From a virus (Duplodnaviria; Caudoviricetes), in the IMG/VR virus record IMGVR_UViG_3300021964_000066, positions 1-60,067 of that record: a DNA stretch of 60,067 nucleotides. The stretch is one strand, 5' to 3'. The position numbers were made by a program, and so were the translations under genes. Below are positions 18,695 to 28,930 of the stretch, one piece after another. Under the pieces are notes generated by a model that was not told the DNA's origin, searched no databases, and saw nothing but the letters and a program-made list of their open reading frames with translations. Position 1 is the stretch's first letter. The number at the start of each line of letters is the position of its first letter.

Positions 18695-19855
18695 ATGGCT
18701 ACAGTAGCAGGCGTCAAAGTAAAAGCAAAGAAACCACGTACAGTATCGTTTCACAGTAAACCCACAGATGGTCCAGTTTGGGACACGGAACAGGCCCGTG
18801 AACTGCCACAGGAAGAATTTGACCATTTGCTACGCAAGAGCATGAATTACTACAATTATCACTATAGTCAAAAAGATTTGAAAAAGTATGTGGTTGAGTG
18901 GATGCGTTCAGGCGGCGAGTTTACCAAGGAAGAAGTTAAGAAGTTCGAGCGTAGCAGTGATAGGTTGCTGAGCATGACTGCCTGTAGTTTGGTTATGGCT
19001 CATCGTCAGGGCATGCCGTTCCGTGAACGCCATTTAGAGTTTTTGGACACAGAACTGACCCGTGTTTTGGAGGCTGTTACAGAAGACGAACCCGAAGAAC
19101 AAAAAACGGAACAAGTCACAGAAGCCTACAAGCCCACGATTCAAGACAGACTACAGGAAAAAACCAGCGAACTGATTGGCGAGATAGAAGGCCATTACGA
19201 TGAATTGGTTACTGAGGGTAAAACTGAGTTTAAACCTTATGACTTTTTGAGCGGTAATAATGTAGTGCAAAGCCAACTTGGAAAGTACGAAGCACTATTT
19301 CAAGCACGCCGAGAAGAACTGGAACTGGCACAGAAAAAAGCAGATCCGCAATTAGTTGAAGGTTATAAGCATTACAAAGCACAGGACTACAAGCGACTGA
19401 TTGCCTGGATCGATGCATTGTTGGAAGCAGTTGAGCAGTATCGTGGTGTTAAAAAGGCTACTAAGAAATTAAGAGTTAAGAAAGCACCCAGCAAAGAAAA
19501 GCAGATCAGTAAACTCAAATACTGCAAGGAAGATAAAACACTAAAATTAGTCAGCGCCAATCCTGCAGAAATTATTGGTGCCTCTGAGTTGTGGGTCTAC
19601 AATACCAAGACACGCAAACTGGGCAAATACATTTCAGCACCCTACAAACAGTTAGGTGTAAAAGGCACAAGCATTGAAGGCTTTGATGTTGATAAGAGTG
19701 TGTGCAAGACACTACGCAAGCCAGAGGAAAAACTTAAAGAGTTTGCTAAAGCAGGCAAGGTGCAGTTACGTAAATTTCTTGAAGATATTAGAGCAACTGA
19801 AACCAAACTCAACGGTAGAATCAGCGCAGATGTGCTATTACTAAAAGTTGCCTAA
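18695..19855 (+). CDS. Hypothetical early protein (386 aa, basic C-terminal domain)
   Basis: Long ORF with own promoter and SD. No motif I can assign. Confidence 0.7.
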   Translation: MATVAGVKVKAKKPRTVSFHSKPTDGPVWDTEQARELPQEEFDHLLRKSMNYYNYHYSQKDLKKYVVEWMRSGGEFTKEEVKKFERSSDRLLSMTACSLVMAHRQGMPFRERHLEFLDTELTRVLEAVTEDEPEEQKTEQVTEAYKPTIQDRLQEKTSELIGEIEGHYDELVTEGKTEFKPYDFLSGNNVVQSQLGKYEALFQARREELELAQKKADPQLVEGYKHYKAQDYKRLIAWIDALLEAVEQYRGVKKATKKLRVKKAPSKEKQISKLKYCKEDKTLKLVSANPAEIIGASELWVYNTKTRKLGKYISAPYKQLGVKGTSIEGFDVDKSVCKTLRKPEEKLKEFAKAGKVQLRKFLEDIRATETKLNGRISADVLLLKVA

Positions 19856-19862
19856 AATCACC

Positions 19863-19898
19863 GTCCTGTTGGCTAAATAAGGTTAACAGGACTTTTTT
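19863..19898 (+). terminator. Terminator hairpin enclosing a late promoter
   Basis: GTCCTGTTGGCT-AAATAA-GGTTAACAGGAC followed by T run, with TAAATA at 19874-19879. Confidence 0.7.
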
Positions 19899-21080
19899 AT
19901 GGCTACAGACAATACAGTAATTGTTCCCGACTTACAGACTGACGGCAGTGTAAGGACGCAAAATCTTGGCATGGCTGGATTTATCAGCCAGGAAAGTGCC
20001 ATTGCCGCTAACGAACAAATACAAACACTCAATCAACTACGTAACGAAATGATTGACTACATTCGTTTGCGTTTAGGCGATCAAATCGTTGACGTTGAGT
20101 TAGATAAAGAACACTATGATTTGGCTATCAAACAGGCCCTGACCAAGTATCGTCAACGTGCTCAAAATAGCACAGAAGAAAGTTATGTATTTTTGGATCT
20201 AATTCCCAATGTACAAGAATACATCTTACCCAACAACATTATGGAAGTGCGCCAAATCTTTCGTAGAGGAATTGGTAGTACAACTGGAACAACCGCTAGT
20301 CAGTTCGAGCCATTTGCTTCAGGTTATTTAAACACCTACATGCTGGTAGCAGGACGTGTGGGTGGTTTGACCAACTACGAACTGTTTACTGCTTACCAAG
20401 AATTAGCCATGACCATGTTTGGTGGTTATATTAACTTTAACTGGAACCGTGTAACTAAGAAATTAACTCTAGTTCGTAAGATTCCCTACGATGGTGGTAC
20501 TGATGTTAAACCAACTGCACTAACGGCTGCTAGTACATCCGTTGGTGCAGTGATTACAATTACACTGCCTACCAGTGCTACTAGTTTTCAAACAAATCTG
20601 CAGGTAGGCGACAGTGTTTATATACAGAGTTGTCCAGTACAGGGGTATAGCAGTCAGTATCGTGTAGCAAGTGTAAACGACGATAGAACAGTTATTACAG
20701 TGCTGGCAAATCAAACACTAGGCGCCACTTCAGTGACAGGTACTGACTTGGCTTCAACAACTTTTTTTATACCAGAACCATTCTACGATGGTAATGCACT
20801 AGAAAGTGTACTGCTTTGGGTTAACAACTACAAACCAGACAGTATGCTACTGAGTGATCCTCAGGTTTATCCTTGGTTGCAAGAGTATGCTTTGGCATTT
20901 ACAAAATCTATTTTGGGACAGGCACGTGGTAAGTTTGCCAGTATTGCAGGCCCACAAGGTGGAACTACACTTAATGGTGCCGCACTATTACAAGAAGCAA
21001 CCGCAGAAATGGCTCAACTTGAGGATGAATTGAAACGGTATATTGATGGATCGCAACCGTTGACATGGGTCACAGGTTAA
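19899..21080 (+). CDS. gp13: Neck protein (head-tail adaptor)
   Basis: DYIRLRLG...VDVEL, and C-terminal WLQEYALA..K.ILGQARGKF..I.GP.GG.TLNG..L. Confidence 0.85.
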   Translation: MATDNTVIVPDLQTDGSVRTQNLGMAGFISQESAIAANEQIQTLNQLRNEMIDYIRLRLGDQIVDVELDKEHYDLAIKQALTKYRQRAQNSTEESYVFLDLIPNVQEYILPNNIMEVRQIFRRGIGSTTGTTASQFEPFASGYLNTYMLVAGRVGGLTNYELFTAYQELAMTMFGGYINFNWNRVTKKLTLVRKIPYDGGTDVKPTALTAASTSVGAVITITLPTSATSFQTNLQVGDSVYIQSCPVQGYSSQYRVASVNDDRTVITVLANQTLGATSVTGTDLASTTFFIPEPFYDGNALESVLLWVNNYKPDSMLLSDPQVYPWLQEYALAFTKSILGQARGKFASIAGPQGGTTLNGAALLQEATAEMAQLEDELKRYIDGSQPLTWVTG

Positions 21081-21088
21081 TGTATAAT
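21060..21088 (+). promoter_or_regulatory. Consensus sigma70 promoter overlapping the end of gp13
   Basis: TTGACA (21060-65)-N17-TATAAT (21083-88). Confidence 0.85.
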
Positions 21089-21111
21089 AAGGACTCTTAG
21101 GAGTCCTTTTT
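21089..21111 (+). terminator. Intrinsic terminator containing the SD of the next gene
   Basis: AAGGACTC-TTAG-GAGTCCTTTTT, with AGGAG at 21099-21103. Confidence 0.75.
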
Positions 21112-21112
21112 C

Positions 21113-21709
21113 ATGATTATTGGAATTTGTGGTTTAATTGGTGCTGGCAAAGACACTGCCGCAGACTATTTGGTGAATTGGCACGAGTTCAGGCGCGACA
21201 GTTTTGCCGCAACCCTCAAAGATGCCGTCAGCGCAGTGTTTGGTTGGGATCGTGAACTGCTAGAAGGACGCACCAAAGCCGCAAGAGAATGGCGTGAACA
21301 GATAGACACTTGGTGGGCCAATCGTTTGGACATGCCAGATTTGACCCCACGCTGGGTATTACAATATTGGGGCACAGATGTATTCCGTAATCATTTCCAC
21401 CAGGATATTTGGATTGCTAGTTTAGAAAATAAACTGCGTCAAACCCGAGACAACGTAGTAATCTCAGACTGTAGATTTTTAAACGAAGTTGAAAGTATTC
21501 GCAGGATTGGCGGCAGAGTAATCAGGATTGTTAGAGGGCAAGATCCAGAGTGGTTTCATTTAGCACGAACTAGTCCACAAAATATGCTAGATCGGTATCC
21601 CGGAGTACATGCCAGCGAATACAGTTGGGCGCCTACAGAATTTGACCACATTGTGGAAAACAACGGCACTATCGACGAATTATACTGTGAACTTAAAAAT
21701 CTGGTATAA
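21113..21709 (+). CDS. Deoxynucleoside monophosphate kinase (T4 gp1-like)
   Basis: IIGICGLIGAGKDT P-loop, FA..LK, PRWVLQYWGTDVFR, VVISDCRF.NE and H.SE motifs. Confidence 0.88.
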   Translation: MIIGICGLIGAGKDTAADYLVNWHEFRRDSFAATLKDAVSAVFGWDRELLEGRTKAAREWREQIDTWWANRLDMPDLTPRWVLQYWGTDVFRNHFHQDIWIASLENKLRQTRDNVVISDCRFLNEVESIRRIGGRVIRIVRGQDPEWFHLARTSPQNMLDRYPGVHASEYSWAPTEFDHIVENNGTIDELYCELKNLV

Positions 21710-22040
21710 TAGGACTTTCACGCCATAAACTGTTAGATTGGTGTAATTCAACTCTACAATTTAAGCACACCGTTTTTAAATTAAACTCTCCAACATTCTT
21801 TAAATTACCGTCTAAATGAAATACCGACATTTGTTGTTCGGGATATTTGGATCTAAAACCGCACTTATCACAGACTGGTTTTTTTCTGTACCCTGCTTTG
21901 TACCAAGCAGGAACTGACTTTATTTTCTTTCCTTTACGTAAACAACTTTCGCAGAGTTTTCTGTACCTTGTTTTACCGTTACTGTGATAGTTAATTGCTG
22001 ATAAATTTAGGTTGCAGGTCTGGCATAAAGGTCTTTTCAT
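21693..22040 (-). CDS. Small Zn-finger/degenerate HNH-like protein
   Basis: Four CxxC pairs and VFHLDGNLKN...NL..VC.NC. Confidence 0.6.
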   Translation of the reverse strand: MKRPLCQTCNLNLSAINYHSNGKTRYRKLCESCLRKGKKIKSVPAWYKAGYRKKPVCDKCGFRSKYPEQQMSVFHLDGNLKNVGEFNLKTVCLNCRVELHQSNSLWRESPIIPDF

Positions 22041-22140
22041 AAAGTTATTTAACTGTAAAACCTTTCGAAAGGGTGTTCAAACTGGTGATATTTACTGACT
22101 TCCGATAAATATCTTTATAAGTTTTATGAGGAAGTGAAAC

Positions 22141-25100
22141 ATGGCACTAGTTTCTCCAGGCGTACAAGTCAGTGTAATTGACCAAAGTTTTTACGCACCA
22201 ACACAATTAGGTTCTGTTGCTTACATTTTAGTAGCAACAGCACAGGATAAAGTTGCACCAGGAGGCACAACAATTGCTCCTGGAACCGAAGTAGATAATG
22301 TAGGAACTATCTATAACATTACAAGTCAGCGTGACTTAGTAACAACTTTCGGAACCCCAACTTTTAAAACAACTGCAAGTGGTAGCCCTATTAACGGAGA
22401 TGAGCAAAACGAATATGGATTGTTAGCTGCTTACAGTTTATTAGGTATTAGTAATCAAGTTTACATACAACGAGCAAATGTTGATGTAGGAGCACTTACC
22501 GGAACTACATCACGTCCAACGGCTGAACCCGCTACTGGAGCACTGTGGCTTGATTCTGCTAATACAAATTGGGGTGTTTACGAATGGAACGCTACTACAC
22601 AGGCATTTTCATCGCAAAATGTAATCGTAGTTAACAGCAGCAGTGACTTAGTAGGCAATGTCACACCAAATGTAGGAATTGGCGCAATTGGTCAATATGC
22701 AGTAAACACAATTGCAAACACTAGTCCAATTTACTATAAAACATATGATAATACTTGGCAACTAGTTGGTAACGTAGGTTGGGAAGCTAAAATTCCAACA
22801 ATTACCGGCACAACAGCCAGTGCTGGTAACGTAATTACTGCTAACAGTAATATTACAATTAACACCACAAACGTTACAGTAGCAATTAATGCAAACTTGA
22901 CAACTGTGGCTAGTAATATTAACTCTGCTGCGATTGCAGGTGTTACTGCTCGTGTAAACAGCAGTAACCAATTAGTAATTCAAGTTACAAGATTAAGTGA
23001 AAGCGATGGTGCAACTGCAGATGGTAAAATTGCAATCAGCAATGGTAATAACACACCTCTTACTGATTTAGGTATTACTGCTGGTACATATAATGGACCT
23101 TCAGTTCAAATAAGTCCTTACTACACTGTTCCAGAATTTAATAGTGCTAACTTAGCTGCAGGCACAGGTAGACCAACTGGTTCTGTTTGGCACAAAGCCA
23201 GCAGAACAGGTTCTGGTTTAACAATTTCTCTTAAAGAATACAATGCCAGTACAGATACTTGGACATCTATTACAGCAAATGATTATGCAAATGTATTTGC
23301 AGCGACATTTGCATTAGATCCAACAGGCGGTGGCTCAAATCTAACACAAGGTTTGGCGTTTGCACAGTACGATCCATTTGGAACTACAGAGCCGGGCGCC
23401 CTTGTTTGGTATCGTGATGGTACAGGAGCAATGACCATTACTGGTAACACAACTTCTCCAACTGCTGGGAATGTTGGAGCATCATTTACATTAGCCACTC
23501 GTGCAAATGCAAGATTGGCAAATGTAACAACCTACACAGTTACAATTACAACTGCTACAGTAGCAGGATTTGTTGATGCTGTTAGTGCTGCAAGTATTCC
23601 AAATGTTACAGCAAACATTAGCAGTACAGGTGCAATGACTATCACTCACGATCAAGGTGGTGATATTGAGCTTGTAGATGGCGCTGGCACACCATTGGCC
23701 AACGTTGGAATTGCAGATGCCGGAGCTACAAATGTATATTACACTCATAGTAACACTAACACACAAACATCTACAATAATTGGTAGTTTGTGGAAACCTG
23801 CTGATAGAAAAGACTATGAAGTAAGTGCAACAGAAATATCAGATGCACCAGCAAATAACACATACTGGTACTATAATACACCAAGTCGTGCTGATATTAT
23901 GATTAGTAATGGTAGTGCTTGGGTAGGCTACAGAAATCTAAGCAGTGACATTAGAGGTTACGATTTAACAACCACAAACAGTACAGGTCCAATCATTAGT
24001 GCAACTGAGCCAACACTACAAGATGACGGCACAGCACTTGTTTACGGCGATTTGTGGATTGACACTAGCGATTTAGAGAACTATCCTGCAATATACAGAT
24101 GGCAAGCAGTTGCCGGTGTTGATCAATGGGTACAAATTGATAACACAGATAACACAGGAACTGATGGTGTTGTATTCGCAGATGCTCGTTGGAGTACCGC
24201 TGGAACAGTAGACCCAGTACTTGACGCTATTCCAACTATTCAAACACTTAGCACAAGTAACTACGTAGACTTAGATGCTCCTGACCCAGCATTTTATCCA
24301 CGTGGTATCTTGTTGTTTAACACAAGAGCAAGTGGTTTTAATGTCAAACAGTACAAAACAAATTACTTTACTGCTGCTGCATATCCAGGCGAAAGCATTC
24401 CAGCAGTTGCCAATACTTGGGTAACTGCAAGTGGATTTGACAGCACAGGTATTGTACCAAACTTTGGACGCCAAGCACAACGTGGAGTTATTGTTGCTGC
24501 ACTTAAGAGCGCAATTGACAGTAGCACTGCACTACGTGAAGACAGCAATTCATTTAACTTAATTGCTTGCCCAGGATATCCAGAGTTGATTCCTAACATG
24601 GTGGCACTAAACGAAGACAAAGAAAACGTTGCCTTTGTAGTAGGTGACACCCCAATGCGTTTAGCAGCTACTGGCACAGCAATCCAGGCCTGGGCAGACA
24701 ACACCGCAGGTGCAACTGCTACAGGCGAAGATGGTTTGAATACCAGCAGTCCATACGTTGGATTGTACTATCCAAGTGCGTTGACAAATGACTTAGCAGG
24801 CAATCAAGTAGTTGTTCCGCCAAGTCACGTAGCGTTGCGTACAATTGTTAAGAGCGATAATATCAGTTATCAATGGTTAGCACCGGCTGGTACACGTCGT
24901 GGTTTAATTGACAATGCAACCGCTATTGGTTATGTAGATGCAAATAGCGGACAGTTTGTAAGTATTGGCGTAAGTCAAGGAATACGTGATGTGTTGTATG
25001 AAAACAATATTAACCCATTCACAAACTTACCTGGTACTGGGCTTGTAGTATACGGCCAAAAAACTATTGCTGCAGCTCCAAGCGCACTTGACAGAATTAA

Positions 25101-25443
25101 TGTTTCAAGGTTAATTAACTTCTTACGTAATCAACTTAACATTATTGCTCGCCCATTTGTGTTTGAACCAAATGATCCAATCACACGTAACGCACTATTA
25201 GCAGTTGTTAATAGTTTACTAAATGATTTGATTGCTAAACGCGGTATTACAGACTATCTAAGTGTTTGTGACACTACAAACAATACGCCAGAGCGTATTG
25301 CAAGAAACGAACTGTATGTAGACGTTGCTATACAGCCAACTAAGGCAGTAGAATTTATCTACATACCAATTAGATTGAAGAACCCAGGAGAAATCCAGGA
25401 CGGCAATCTAGCAGCGGTACAGAATCCAGGAACAGGAGCATAA
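22141..25443 (+). CDS. gp18: Contractile tail sheath protein (1100 aa)
   Basis: LVSPGVQV..ID.S N-terminus. C-terminal W.APAG.RRG, LYENNINP, GQKT, DRINV.RL, FEPND and NTPERIARNEL..D..IQP.K..EFI motifs. Confidence 0.95.
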   Translation: MALVSPGVQVSVIDQSFYAPTQLGSVAYILVATAQDKVAPGGTTIAPGTEVDNVGTIYNITSQRDLVTTFGTPTFKTTASGSPINGDEQNEYGLLAAYSLLGISNQVYIQRANVDVGALTGTTSRPTAEPATGALWLDSANTNWGVYEWNATTQAFSSQNVIVVNSSSDLVGNVTPNVGIGAIGQYAVNTIANTSPIYYKTYDNTWQLVGNVGWEAKIPTITGTTASAGNVITANSNITINTTNVTVAINANLTTVASNINSAAIAGVTARVNSSNQLVIQVTRLSESDGATADGKIAISNGNNTPLTDLGITAGTYNGPSVQISPYYTVPEFNSANLAAGTGRPTGSVWHKASRTGSGLTISLKEYNASTDTWTSITANDYANVFAATFALDPTGGGSNLTQGLAFAQYDPFGTTEPGALVWYRDGTGAMTITGNTTSPTAGNVGASFTLATRANARLANVTTYTVTITTATVAGFVDAVSAASIPNVTANISSTGAMTITHDQGGDIELVDGAGTPLANVGIADAGATNVYYTHSNTNTQTSTIIGSLWKPADRKDYEVSATEISDAPANNTYWYYNTPSRADIMISNGSAWVGYRNLSSDIRGYDLTTTNSTGPIISATEPTLQDDGTALVYGDLWIDTSDLENYPAIYRWQAVAGVDQWVQIDNTDNTGTDGVVFADARWSTAGTVDPVLDAIPTIQTLSTSNYVDLDAPDPAFYPRGILLFNTRASGFNVKQYKTNYFTAAAYPGESIPAVANTWVTASGFDSTGIVPNFGRQAQRGVIVAALKSAIDSSTALREDSNSFNLIACPGYPELIPNMVALNEDKENVAFVVGDTPMRLAATGTAIQAWADNTAGATATGEDGLNTSSPYVGLYYPSALTNDLAGNQVVVPPSHVALRTIVKSDNISYQWLAPAGTRRGLIDNATAIGYVDANSGQFVSIGVSQGIRDVLYENNINPFTNLPGTGLVVYGQKTIAAAPSALDRINVSRLINFLRNQLNIIARPFVFEPNDPITRNALLAVVNSLLNDLIAKRGITDYLSVCDTTNNTPERIARNELYVDVAIQPTKAVEFIYIPIRLKNPGEIQDGNLAAVQNPGTGA

Positions 25444-25446
25444 GAC

Positions 25447-26064
25447 ATGGCAGTATCATCCTTAACAAGATTTACAGTACCCTTAGGTGGAGACCAAAGC
25501 GCCTCTACCCAAGGTCTGTTGATGCCAAAGTTACAATTCAGATTTAGAGTCAGTTTTGAAAACTTTGGCGTCAGTAATCCTAAAACAGAATTGACCAAAC
25601 AGGTAATGAGTTTTGCAAGACCACAGGTTACATTTGACCCAATTGATGTACCTGTGTACAACAGTCGAGTTTATTTGGCAGGACGTCCAGTGTGGTCAAT
25701 AGTATCTACTACACTGCGTGACGATGCTGGCGGCAACGTAACACGTCTTGTTGGCGAACAACTACAGAAACAGTTTGACTTTATGGAACAGGCCAGTGCC
25801 AGCAGCGGTATTGACTACAAGTTTATTACCAAACTGGAAATGCTAGATGGTGCCAATGGTAACATTGAACCTGTTGTACTAGAAACATGGGAAATGTATG
25901 GTTGTTTTCTAACCGATGTTAACTATAACGAAGCAAACTACGAAAATAACGCACCAATGACTATCACTATGAGCATACGTTACGACAATGCTATACAAAC
26001 AACTACACCTGGTGGAGTTGGTAATGATGTTGGTCGTACCAATGGTGCAGTAATTACAGGTTAA
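25447..26064 (+). CDS. gp19: Tail tube protein
   Basis: Directly after sheath. FRV.F, RP.V, YLAGR..W, WEMYGCF and I...IRYD motifs. Confidence 0.85.
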   Translation: MAVSSLTRFTVPLGGDQSASTQGLLMPKLQFRFRVSFENFGVSNPKTELTKQVMSFARPQVTFDPIDVPVYNSRVYLAGRPVWSIVSTTLRDDAGGNVTRLVGEQLQKQFDFMEQASASSGIDYKFITKLEMLDGANGNIEPVVLETWEMYGCFLTDVNYNEANYENNAPMTITMSIRYDNAIQTTTPGGVGNDVGRTNGAVITG

Positions 26065-26086
26065 TAATAAACTTACCGTGACGAAG

Positions 26087-26109
26087 ACCCACTTACGAGT
26101 GGGTTTTTT
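26087..26109 (+). terminator. Intrinsic terminator
   Basis: ACCCACT-TACG-AGTGGGT followed by T run. Confidence 0.85.
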
Positions 26110-26127
26110 CGTGAATAAATATTATAT

Positions 26128-28533
26128 ATGGCTACTCTTTATAACAGCGATTTAAAACCTTTGGAGTCTGGTGATTATACACACTACTATGACCATGCCA
26201 CTAAGCTCTTCCTTGCTGACAACTTCAGGCTGGCACCTAAACAAAGTTTTCTTTATTACGTTAGCATAAATGTAGATATAAGCGCATTGCAAAACTTGTT
26301 GGGACAGTTAGGACAAGAAGGAACAAGTAGTCAAACGTTAATAGAGCAATATGAAACTGGCTTATTAGCAAAAAGAGTAGAACTTCCTAGATTCACAGTA
26401 AACACTAGTACTTTAAATGCTTACAATAGAAAAAACATTGTTCAGAAAAATTTAAGATACGATCCTTTAAGTATTACATTCCATGATGACGCTGCGGATA
26501 CAGTACTGAAGTTTTGGAATGATTTTTATACTTACTATTACAGGGACAGTGATTACAATCAAAACTTGTACACAGTCCCTCACAAATATGAAGCAAGATT
26601 AAATGATGGATGGGGTTTCAGTCCAAGAAACGCTAACTTAAAACCATTTTTAAGAAATATTCAAATTTTCAGTTTACACAATAAACGTTTTACAGAATAT
26701 CTTCTTGTTAATCCAATAATAAGTTCTTGGCGGCAAAGCGAGCATAACAGTTCTGAAAGTAATGCATTAATGGAAGCAACCATGACTGTTGAGTACGAAA
26801 CAGTCAAATACAGAACAGGTTTTGTAAATCCAGTTGATGTAAACGGATTCGCAGTATTACATTATGATAATACTCCAAGCCCTATAAGCAACAGCGTAAC
26901 AAATATCTATACCGATGCAGGCTTGCTTGGTGCCTTAACAGAAGGAAGTACAGATTTAGCAAGACCAGACACAACAGGCAGTGGGTCTGGTTTACTGGGA
27001 AGCATTCTTAGTGCTTATAGATTTTATAATAACCTTAAAGATACAAATTTTAAAGATTTGGGTGGTTTAGTACTGGGTCAAATAGGCGCCCAAGTTTTAG
27101 GCGGTGCAATTAACGGTGCAGCACAAAATGTGTTTTTCCCAACTCTTTCCAGCACGCCTGGGTATGGCACTTCTACAGCGACATCGGGTGTTTTAAGTCC
27201 TCCAGCATCTACCCAAGGGTATAGCCCTTACAGTAGTCCACAACCAAGTGGAGCAGTAACAGTTAACAATCAAGCAGCAGCAGTTGTTACTGGAGGTAGT
27301 GCAAGTTTTGTAAATTCTATTTTAAATAATTATACAAGAGGAGTTGCAACAAATTCTCCAAAGCCTGCGAATCCAGAAAGCACAGCAAATTATCAACTTA
27401 GATCTGTTTCTGACAACATCAGTTTAGATGCAAGAAGTGCTCAACCAGCTACAGATGAAATTACTAGTGTTGTTTATGATCAAGTAACAGGAGAAGAACT
27501 TACAAGATTTCAAAATGTTGGCAACCAAGCCGGCGGATTTGACCCTACCGATCCTAACAAAAATGCTGAATTTATTGTTGTTTCAACAGATCAAAGTAAA
27601 GGAACCTTGACAAGAAGACAGTACACTAATGGGGACGTTGTCTTGTTTAATGAAGATGGTTCCGTTAATACTATTCAACGAGGATTCAAGAGCGGGTCTG
27701 GCAATTTTAATACTAATCCTCCTAATACACGAGATCAAGCTGCAGCCGGACAAGTTATAAATCCAACTAGCGTGCAGTACTATACAGATCCGACCACAGG
27801 TATCACAAGGGTTGTTAATGGAGGAGTAAGTGGTCTGTTTAGAAACACTCTGTCCGGCGCAATAGGTGGCATTACTGGGTTATCCGTGGGAAGTGCATTA
27901 TATGGAGGAATATCTGACGCTTTCGGTGGCGGCATTGTAGGTAAAACTATTGGAGTTGGTCTAGGAGGTTCTATAGGTACAGGAGTAGGAATAGGTGTTA
28001 ATAACTTGGTCCAGACCGGCCTTAATAAAATACTCGGCACACCTACTCAAACTTTTAATCCTGCCACTGGGCAAATTCAAAACGCTGGAGCAGGCCTGAC
28101 AGGCAGTGGAGGCTATGATTCTAGAAATCCAAGTAGGAATATTGTTACATACTCTGATAATGGTAATGGCACGACAACTGTTCAGACAGTAAATGGCGGC
28201 ACAGGTATTGTAGATAACTTAACAAATAGTCTGCAAAGTTTTACAGGAGGAGTTGGAAATGCTATTAGTAATTGGCTTGGAACTCCTGGCATAAATCAAG
28301 ATGCAGCAGTGTTACAACCTCCCGCCGGAACAGGGTTTTGGACAGATAGTTCCGGTAGCCCGATCACTACCGCATTAGGAGATTCGATTTATTCTGGTTT
28401 TACTAACAGCGGCCCAACTAACATTTTAAATCAATCTGTAGTAGATAATTTTGGTGCAGTAGATATGGGCCCAAGTTATGATCAGACATTTTTGTCATCT
28501 TATGACAATATACACAACTGGAATTTTTCATAA
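26128..28533 (+). CDS. Tail-tube-fold baseplate/tube initiator-like protein with long Gly-rich extension
   Basis: N-terminal ~235 aa has KRVELP...YNRK......YDP..ITFHDD...L.NP.I..W...MTVEYE, similar to the tube fold. The remainder is low complexity. Confidence 0.6.
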   Translation: MATLYNSDLKPLESGDYTHYYDHATKLFLADNFRLAPKQSFLYYVSINVDISALQNLLGQLGQEGTSSQTLIEQYETGLLAKRVELPRFTVNTSTLNAYNRKNIVQKNLRYDPLSITFHDDAADTVLKFWNDFYTYYYRDSDYNQNLYTVPHKYEARLNDGWGFSPRNANLKPFLRNIQIFSLHNKRFTEYLLVNPIISSWRQSEHNSSESNALMEATMTVEYETVKYRTGFVNPVDVNGFAVLHYDNTPSPISNSVTNIYTDAGLLGALTEGSTDLARPDTTGSGSGLLGSILSAYRFYNNLKDTNFKDLGGLVLGQIGAQVLGGAINGAAQNVFFPTLSSTPGYGTSTATSGVLSPPASTQGYSPYSSPQPSGAVTVNNQAAAVVTGGSASFVNSILNNYTRGVATNSPKPANPESTANYQLRSVSDNISLDARSAQPATDEITSVVYDQVTGEELTRFQNVGNQAGGFDPTDPNKNAEFIVVSTDQSKGTLTRRQYTNGDVVLFNEDGSVNTIQRGFKSGSGNFNTNPPNTRDQAAAGQVINPTSVQYYTDPTTGITRVVNGGVSGLFRNTLSGAIGGITGLSVGSALYGGISDAFGGGIVGKTIGVGLGGSIGTGVGIGVNNLVQTGLNKILGTPTQTFNPATGQIQNAGAGLTGSGGYDSRNPSRNIVTYSDNGNGTTTVQTVNGGTGIVDNLTNSLQSFTGGVGNAISNWLGTPGINQDAAVLQPPAGTGFWTDSSGSPITTALGDSIYSGFTNSGPTNILNQSVVDNFGAVDMGPSYDQTFLSSYDNIHNWNFS

Positions 28534-28546
28534 TTAGGAATATGTT

Positions 28547-28930
28547 ATGGCAGACACGACTTACAATCCTCAACAGCCAAGTAATTTAAACACAACGGCT
28601 ACAAATCAGACTACACGATATTTCAATAATTTTTTTCTGCCTCAAAACACTGTAAGTTCTAATACCAACGATGCTATTGTAAGTTTCTTTGAACAACAGT
28701 CCGGCAATGCTGAAAGTGCAAGATTATTAGCACAGGCAGTAATCGACACAGCATTTGCGCAAAGAGAGGATCCTTTGGATGTGTTAGATCAATTTAGAAA
28801 TCTAACAAACAATGAGTTAAATGCTTTTCTAGCACTTTACCTTAACACAAGCAGAGTTCCTACAAGTTTCTTAGGTTTACAGTCTACTGCAAGAACAAGC
28901 CCATACGTTTCTCGTACAATTTTGACATGA
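28547..28930 (+). CDS. Hypothetical protein (127 aa)
   Basis: ORF with SD AGGA, ATGA-coupled to gp4. Confidence 0.65.
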   Translation: MADTTYNPQQPSNLNTTATNQTTRYFNNFFLPQNTVSSNTNDAIVSFFEQQSGNAESARLLAQAVIDTAFAQREDPLDVLDQFRNLTNNELNAFLALYLNTSRVPTSFLGLQSTARTSPYVSRTILT

